Shown piece by piece: positions 42,787 to 64,000 of a stretch of 64,000 nucleotides of DNA. How positions within the stretch are numbered: position 1 is the first letter of the stretch; each line of letters opens with the position of its first letter. The notes below the pieces were generated by a model. That model made no database searches, was not told the origin of the DNA, and was given only the letters and a program-made list of their open reading frames with translations. The stretch is taken from contig CAVNZM010000002.1 of the NCBI GenBank assembly GCA_963693365.1, forward strand, positions 7,222,454 to 7,286,453, read 5' to 3'. A program made the position numbers and the translations under genes. Origin of the DNA: Amoebidium appalachense (Eukaryota > Protista > Ichthyosporea).

Positions 42787-42824
42787 CCCCCCCCCCCCCC
42801 CCCCGTCTCTCTCTTTCTTTCGCT

Positions 42825-42877
<53 letters not shown>

Positions 42878-43088
42878 ACTCTTTCTCTCCCTCTCTCTTT
42901 CTCTCTCTCTCTCTCTCGCCCCCTCTTCCCCCAGGCTTTCCGAACGGTCTCTCTCTCTTCACGTTCTTCCTCCTCTCCCTCTCTCTGTCTCTCGGTCTCT
43001 CTCTCTCACCGTCTCCCCCCCTTCCCCCCCCCCCCCCCCCCCCCCCCGCCCAAGTCTCTCTCTCAGGCAGTTTTCAATCCCTCGCTCT

Positions 43089-43207
<119 letters not shown>

Positions 43208-43438
43208 TCTCTACTTTCTCTCTCTCCCTCTCTCCCCGAGAGTCTCTTTGTCTCTCTCTCTCCCCCTCTCTCACGGTGCTCTGAGACTCCCGGTCTCTCT
43301 TTCTCTCCGAAGCCTCCCCCTCTCCCCCCCACCCCCACCCCCTCCCTCACTACCCTCCCAGCTCTCTCTCTGCCTGTCTCCTCCGCCTACAGGCAACTGG
43401 GCTTTCTTTCCAGTTCCGACGTAATATCCCAGTCTCGT

Positions 43439-43469
<31 letters not shown>

Positions 43470-44107
43470 TCCCCCGGGCCGGGGGGTTAGAAACGGCTGC
43501 ATTTTCCTCCACCACCTCCGCCACCTCCTTGGCAGCCGAAATATTAGCACCCGATTCCTGGCCCACAGACTTTTCAGTGGCGACCGTACCAGACTGCTTG
43601 GCCTTCTTTGCCTTGACCACCGCAAGCGTGTTTAAGAAAACGCCCAACTTGAGTGTTTTAGGGCCAGGCTTCGCATGCTCCTTCCCATCTGAAAAGCGAT
43701 GGTCAGGCTGCCGAGTGCTGGCAGCCACAGGGGCTACCCTAGGAAGCGCGTGTTTGCCCGACCTACAGCGAAAGGGCCCAAAAACAACACGGGTGAAAGC
43801 TTGACACGTGAGAACCGGCTCTGAGTCACCTGACAACTGACTTGAAGGCTGAAGGGAGGGAGTTTCGCGCCAAAAAAAAAAAAAACGAAAATAACCATCA
43901 GACTGGTGTAAGGCCATGACATTTGTAACTTAATGTCAACTTTTAAAGCCCCCAAAACCTTAAGATTATGTCAAAAGGTTCCCCAATTTCACCATTACGG
44001 TGGCCAAAATTCATTTTACTTGACTGCTGAGTGCTGGATAACCGAGCGAACTATCCCATGCATGAAAATAATAGCCTATCACCGAATTCCCACCCCAGCT
44101 GGCGCTT

Positions 44108-44179
<72 letters not shown>

Positions 44180-45061
44180 CTATATGTACACTCCACTATC
44201 CGGCCACGTACCCTACGCAGGAAGGGTAGTGTACCCCAGCCTCTTCCAGGCGGGGTATTTTTTTCTGGCAGTGGGGTATTTTTTAAGGGTATTTTTGGGG
44301 TATTGTCTAACCCTGGCAGGCTCTTGCAACTTGTTTAAGTTGTATTCTGTGTGTGTCTCTTCATACAGGATATCCAGTGTTCTGGTGTGGTTTGGCTGGA
44401 GTACTAAGTGGCGGGGTTTTAGGCGGTTCAGAAAGGGTGTCCAGTCCAGATCCTTAACTTGGTTTGTGTCATGGAATGAACAGTTCTGAATTAGATAACT
44501 TATACCCCTTTTCTAAGTGTGAGTAAAGAACTTCAGATATGGTTTCTAGATATTTTTAAGAAGAAAGTGCGCAAGGAGGCGCACCACGTACGATCTTAGA
44601 GAATGCATACCGATACACATTTTTCTTCAACCTAGATCATAAAATTTCAAAACTTCATCGACGCGACACCTTTATTACATGATACACACTGATACTGATA
44701 CAGCATCTGAGCTATTATCCAAAATACGAACTTCTTCCTAAGTACTTGGGGGCGCTCTATAGTATTAGTATTGATAGTCTCCAAGGCTATGTACCCACTG
44801 GCTTACGTAAGTTGCTGAGCACTACTGCTCCGCGGGACGTCTCCAGCCGGGTCTTTGTAATTATGATGGGCAATCGGAAGTTTATTTTCCTGAGGGCAAT
44901 AGGAACCCTTCAAGTTCCGTACTTCTGATGGGCAATAGGAACGCTTCCGCAATTTTGTTGTTGAACAATAGGAACGCGGCGTTAAATTATCATTGCGACT
45001 TTTAACCAACCATCTGCTGTAGATTTAAATTTGTTTGCGCAATCTGGCACTTTGTCTAGTG

Positions 45062-46036
<975 letters not shown>

Positions 46037-47103
46037 CTGTCGCCTGCGGCAACATACAATGATGTTGAGCCGGGCCGCAGGGAGACAGCACTCAAAGTGA
46101 CTACAACATGCAATAGTGGCTTGCGCAGCCGGCATGAAGAGACAGCTGGGCCCCAGACAGTGTCCACAGCAATAAATAGTGTGTAAAACCCAAGAGACAG
46201 CCAAAAAATATAAGAAGAAGCTTGTAAAAAGTTTGTTGAGTGGTTACTTGCTTCTTACCATGTTCCTATTTGTTTTAACCTAATTGAGTTTGAGCAGGGC
46301 AGGATGTCACTGTGTGATGCATAACACAAGGCTTGAGCTTTGCGAACATGTTCAGCACAGAGCATCTCAGGCAGCTGCAGCCCTCTGGGCCTTGGCCCAA
46401 GAGACCGGTGGGGATTCGGAGGGGGCCGGGGGCGGGGGGGGGGGCGGGCGCCGGGGGGAGGAGGGGAGGAAAGAGGGGGGGGGGGGGGAGGAGGATTATC
46501 ATAAGTGGAAGGGGGAGGAGAGGGGGAGGAGGTGGAGGAGGCGGGGGGAGGGGGGAGGGAAGGGGAGGTGGGGACGTATACGTAACACATGACGAGCCCC
46601 TGCGCGTAGACAGATGTTTCAACAACCCAGTGTTTGCCCTGCAAGTTTTTCCCAAGACACAAGCAGAAATCGGATCAGCGTTTTCGTTGCACAAAATTCA
46701 CCCAAATATGACCCAACACAATGATTGCCAAAGAGACATGTGTTTCAAGTTGACCAGCTAGTACTAGTCTAGGAGTCATAATCAAAGACTGACCCGGCTG
46801 AGCTTTCCCTAAATTGGCTACATATCCACGTGCGCAGCTGCAGACAAGTCAGAGAAAACGCCTGTCGTTTCCACGTTGTATTTTGGGGGTAGAAGGTGAC
46901 CGCACGTTCATGTATCATAGGTGGTGTTGGTGCCCCTGTGGACCCCGTACGCGCTCTTGGGTTTTGTTACAGTACGTATGATCAATTTCTTTTCTACATT
47001 GCCTTCGAAGCTTCTCCTATGACTGATAGAAGGCACATTTCGTATATGCACACCAGTACTAATAGACCAGATATCCGTATATGTTCGATATTTTTGACAC
47101 GTA

Positions 47104-47134
<31 letters not shown>

Positions 47135-47366
47135 GGCGCACGGCCGGCGCGGCCCAGTGGCGCCGTAGCAGCCGAAAAGTTAACCCTTCCTCCCGGCGGC
47201 TTTCAAAGCTTCCCTTCCCTCGCTTGGTATCTCCTTTCTTTCCGGTCCGCCCAGCAACATCCTCCTTATAAGTGATAACATCGAGTGTGTTGCCAAAGAC
47301 AGGGTGTAGTACTGTGCATGTTCGTGCCTGCAGGGATATGTGTGGTGCCAACACCATACATGCATT

Positions 47367-47408
<42 letters not shown>

Positions 47409-47415
47409 TTTATGT

Positions 47416-47449
<34 letters not shown>

Positions 47450-48148
47450 TCGTGTGTTTTATGAGCTGCTCGTATGCGGCTAGTGGATGAAATAACCGGC
47501 CTGGGTTAAATCACTCATTCTGAGCAAGACATTCCCAAAACAACTCTTAGCCGGGGCCGTCGGCGCAACCGGTGTATCTCCACTGGCTTTCATGACGTTG
47601 CAACTGCAGTGACAACGACAAATGAAAAATATAAATATTATATTTGTTTATTGTCAACTGGCCCAAACAACTTTTCAATCAAAAAGAACACACGATTCTT
47701 GTGCTCTCACCAAAATAATATATGATCATATAGTTCTTTCGGTTTTTGCATACATATATACTACTAGCTATTCATCTAATTATTTTCCAATTCCGTACCC
47801 TAATATCAAAGTTCGTCATACAAGGATTTAACTTAGGCCACGCCTGCATATGCATCGAAATCCTGTTATTATCAATAATTAGCTATCTAGTCATTCAAGG
47901 GGAACACACCTCGGACAGTTATATTACAATTCGAAAAGAGCACACAGTGCAGCACCCTAAGTGGAAAGACATACTACGTGTAACGTGATGCCCTGGTTTG
48001 CTGTTGAGTGACTCTTAAAAAGTGACTCTGCAATCATTCATCTTATCAAAACGCGTCCTATTAGTTATTTCTAAGCAAAACTCTGCCACGACATTGCAAA
48101 GAGGCCCTTACAAAAAAGTGTTCATTCGTCGAAGGGGGTTGCACATGA

Positions 48149-48688
48149 TTACGCATGGTTAATGTAGTTGGGAAGAGACTCGAGTTTCGGTTTTTGTGAC
48201 AGCTGACGGAGAAAGTGGGGCGGCACGTTGCCATACTGCTTGAGTTCCAGAAACTGACGCACGACCTCACACGTCAAAACGATCTTCGTTTCAGCCTCAG
48301 AGGCAGCATCCAGCAGATCACATGTTTCAGCTATGCCCAGAAGGCAATCATACTGTTTTTGGTAGCCGTCAAGCTGCTCAGCCGTGTGCAGATCCCTTGT
48401 CAGTTCTAGCCAAGAGGGATATTTCGCTGCCAACTCTTTGACAAGGTTCTTGGCTGAGAGCCCGTCAACTGCACTCGCCATTCGAATAAGAGCATCGTCT
48501 TCGTGGTTGAACGACTCTTCGTTAGTGAAGGTCTGCTTGTTCGCGAAGGGAACATTGTAAAACGTAATAGTGCGCATTTTTCTCTCTCCCCCATACAAGG
48601 CTGCAGGCCCTACACACATTATGCTGTCTTCCTGGAAAAAAGAGTAGAAGGCTTTCGGATTCTGTAGTCTCTCCAACCAAGTTCGCAA
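48149..48688 (-). CDS. Hypothetical protein (<=179 aa; start or upstream exons uncertain)
   Basis: Stop-free frame of normal complexity and helical-looking composition in unique sequence; no motif recognised. Confidence 0.4.
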   Translation of the reverse strand: MRTWLERLQNPKAFYSFFQEDSIMCVGPAALYGGERKMRTITFYNVPFANKQTFTNEESFNHEDDALIRMASAVDGLSAKNLVKELAAKYPSWLELTRDLHTAEQLDGYQKQYDCLLGIAETCDLLDAASEAETKIVLTCEVVRQFLELKQYGNVPPHFLRQLSQKPKLESLPNYINHA

Positions 48689-49832
48689 AGTGGCTTACAG
48701 TTCGTGAAGTGGCTTGTGATTAACGCTACCTAGTCCCTGCTTATGACAAGTTTGTAAAATAGCATGTATATTGCAAAAACTCGTTTCTAAGTCTCAAAGG
48801 TTTCTAAAAACCAGGAGAGGCAGAGTGCTGTTCCTGCTGTTGCGAATTGTCCTTTTAGATACCCGTCACCTGTATATCAGTTTGCTTTCTGTCTGGCAGC
48901 AAAGCACAAGGTTTTATATACCAACGGGACTGGCCTTATCATTCGTATCTTGGGCAAGGAGAGTACATGATAAATGCTGCTCATGATTGGCTAAAAAGCG
49001 CGTGAACCTGTAGATGCTATAAATAACTATTTTGGTTGGATAAACGAGCACCACTTTCGATTCTTTTGGTGCTCATGCGTTTGGGGTTGCGAAACAGCGA
49101 GTAGCCAATCATAAAGGTTTACGTCTATGATTCATATACCAGCGAAAACTTATAAATTTGCAAACAATATCTCAAAAACCTACATGAAACAAAGTACGAG
49201 GACAGGCCCGATTCTCTTGCCCCGACACATGTACATGGGCTTAGTTTGTTGCAGTCACACATACAGTTCGCTGAAGACACCAAGCCACAGCCGAAGTTGC
49301 ACTGCAGCTCAATGAAAATGATTCGCCCAAATTTGAATGCGTATATATAAACATGAATGAAGCACGGGTTAAACCACTTTTAGGGGGTGTTTGGATAACT
49401 TAGCACTAAAAATTGAGAATTTCGCTAATTAGTGGCGGTGCGACGTCAACCGTGGCACGACTCCATCGCAGTCCGTCGACCAACCATGCAGCCGGCCGTT
49501 GGGCATGCCTTTTCCTACATTAAGAAACACTAATAAATAGTGTGTATATATATTTATTTATGTGCAATGCTTCACCAAACCACACAAATTTTCATGTCTT
49601 TGCAATTTACCACGCAGGGCTTTCTCGTTCCTGGAACTTCCGGTACGTTGCAATGGAATGCCCATGGAATGGGCGTGGGAAACCTTGGAATCTCGCGATC
49701 GGCAAGTGCTGGGGGTCCCGGCTGCCCTGAGCTGCCCAGCGCCGTCGAGAACTTTGCAAGACTCGGGGGGTGGCCCCGGGGTGCGCATCATGTGCACGTG
49801 CACGTGCCAAGTCGGCTATGCACCCGGGCAGC

Positions 49833-49868
<36 letters not shown>

Positions 49869-50084
49869 ACCACCACCACCACCACCACCACCACCACCAC
49901 CACCATCACCACCACACATATGCATGTGCACACACACACACACACACACACACAAGAAAAGGGGAAAGGAAAAGGGGAAAAAAGAAGGAGGGGCGGAGTG
50001 AGAGAGTGTACATTGTCAACATTAACCCACCCCCCCCCCCCCCCCCTCCCAAAAAAAACAAAAACAAAAAAAAACCGAGGGGTT

Positions 50085-50163
<79 letters not shown>

Positions 50164-50284
50164 GGGGAGGGGGAGGGAGGGAGAGGGAGAGGGAGGGAGA
50201 AAGGGAGGGAGGGAGGGATAGAGAGGGAGAGTTTTTTTTTTGTTTTTTTTGTTTTTTTTGTTTTCTTTTTGTTTTTTTTTTGGT

Positions 50285-50327
<43 letters not shown>

Positions 50328-50329
<2 letters not shown>

Positions 50330-50427
50330 TGAATGCGTTAAAAAGTACGAAGTACACAAGAACAAACGGATAACACGATGCAGAATGCAAGCCATACATA
50401 AAGAGTATGCATAATAAGCAGAGCCCA
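50328..50427 (-). mobile_element. Poly(C)-ended repeat family, 100-bp 3' fragment
   Basis: Matches the first ~100 bp of the 55202 copy; poly-G on both sides (plus strand). Confidence 0.85.
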
Positions 50428-51380
50428 GGGGGGGGGGGGGGGGGGGGGGGTATATCACCGAGCTTTCTCACGAAAAGCTAGGTAAGCGAAGGGTTTTATT
50501 AGTTACTTTGTCATATAGGTGTCTTCATTTGGAACTAGTGTTCTGTTGTACACTGGCTGCACACGAAACACACACAACCACCGGATATACATATACCACG
50601 TTCACTGCCGCCCCCAGAAAAGAGAGCAATCCGACCCACACCGGTTGCCCAAACATGTATCAGGCAAGCAAAAATAAACAGAAGCAATTGCAAACTATCA
50701 GTAGTATTTTAACTCTTAGAAGGTGGAAAAAGCATTTACTTTCTATTTTCGCAACCTCAGAACGTAGAAAGCGTCAGTACCCAAATACAGCGAAACGCGA
50801 AAAAAAATAAAAAAAATAAATAAATAAATAACAAAGACTGTCTGGCCGGAGTATTAGCTAGTGAAATCAGAATACACACTAAAGCTTTGTGTTGCATCAT
50901 GCCATTGGTCGCAAAACCACACACAAAAAAATCCACTCACTTAGGCTGCTATCAAGTTCACCAGGGAGCCGGACAAAGCTCTTTGGTGTCAAACACTGAA
51001 TGCACAAGTACACATGCTAACACTAATCACGTATGATACGATGCAACGCATGTGTCGCTCTACACAAACAAATTCTCACCAATTTACACAAACATCCCGT
51101 GCATATCCATGATGCAAGTACACAAACTAACTTTGTAGCAAACATGGCAACCTTAAATCCAAAAAACATACCATCACCCACACACTGACCAACCCTCCCG
51201 AACGTCCACACCCACCTACCTCCACACACAAAACCCTTTACAAACACCAAACCAAACCACCACCACCCATCCCCATATTTTTGAAAGGAATTTATACTTC
51301 TTGCTTTTCCCAGCACACAACAAACACGCCGCACAAAAGTTTTTTAACTCTCACCAAAAACTTTGGAAATTGGCGTTGTT

Positions 51381-63356
<11,976 letters not shown>

Positions 63357-64000
63357 TTTGAGTTTGCAAACGTAAAAAAAAACCTTTATTTAGAGGTATA
63401 CGATTTCAAAGGAAAATAGCTCTATGTTATTCTAGGCTAGCTAAAACCTCTTCCGTTTGGGGCACCTTCTACAAACTCTGAAGCGCTCTTTGCTTGCTTC
63501 TCTTTCCTTCGAAGAGAGGTGGAAGTTGAGCAAGCGAGAAATCAAAGAGGTGCAAACCAAAGTAGCCTAAACCACTTTTCTGGCTATGCCGAACTTCCAA
63601 CAACTCTGAATCCTATCTCCACCGGTTAAATCTTCGTTTCACGCTTTTCCTTGTGCTAACGTTTTTTGCCTTCGCGCGCAGCTGAGCGCACAGTGAGCCG
63701 GAAAGTATCCAAGAGCTGTTACCGCTCAAACATCAAAATATAATAAACTAATAAGATTGGAGATTCGGCTTTTAGTGTTATTGGTTCGGGTGAAAATATT
63801 TAAAGATAAATACATAATTGGGTTAGGGTCATGATTTGCTCTAGCCGTTTATTTTTTCATCAACTCAAAGCAAGCTTGCGTACTAAAGGCTTTGTGCGTC
63901 ACAGGCAACAGGTGACCTCTGCTTGGCACCCATAACTATGTACTGTTACATGTGTACGCATGCACGTGCACAAGGGTGAATTCAAGAAATCTGGTGTGTG

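Noticed and set aside
43387-43917. 176-aa minus-strand ORF with a Lys/Glu/Ala-rich segment
   Set aside because: Runs into poly-G and (GA)n with no domain or confident splice model; a real exon cannot be excluded
44186-44305. Hairpin TACCCT/AGGGTA and repeated GGGGTATTTT
   Set aside because: Could be a transposon end, but no partner terminus or second copy exists in the window

Overview
Eukaryotic genomic DNA with GT-AG spliceosomal introns, probably from an opisthokont-like protist or fungus (taxon not determinable here). It is very rich in (CA)n/(GA)n microsatellites and long poly-G/poly-C tracts. Host genes: the 3' part of a PIN-domain nuclease (+), a 3-exon PA-TM-RING E3 ligase (-), an intronless SGNH/PC-esterase-type membrane protein (-), an orphan ORF (-) and an 8-exon Ptc2/3-like PP2C phosphatase (-). 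The centre (20.5-38.8 kb) is a three-level retrotransposon nest: an APE-RT LINE, interrupted by a chromodomain Ty3/Gypsy element (TSD CCTTG), itself interrupted by an intact Ty1/Copia element (TSD ACCCT). There are also a Harbinger-type MITE, a CACTA-like remnant and Helitron/Helentron-like elements. The most unusual signal is a non-coding repeat family clustered in PP2C introns, with a diverged copy at 16.4 kb. Its copies share one fixed 3' end joined to poly(C) rather than poly(A), are variably 5'-truncated at G/C tracts, fold into a strand-specific multi-stem RNA and carry hammerhead-like half motifs. It is a candidate poly-G-primed retroelement or structured RNA. Most short ORFs in the track are microsatellite artefacts. 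All alignments and folds were done by eye.
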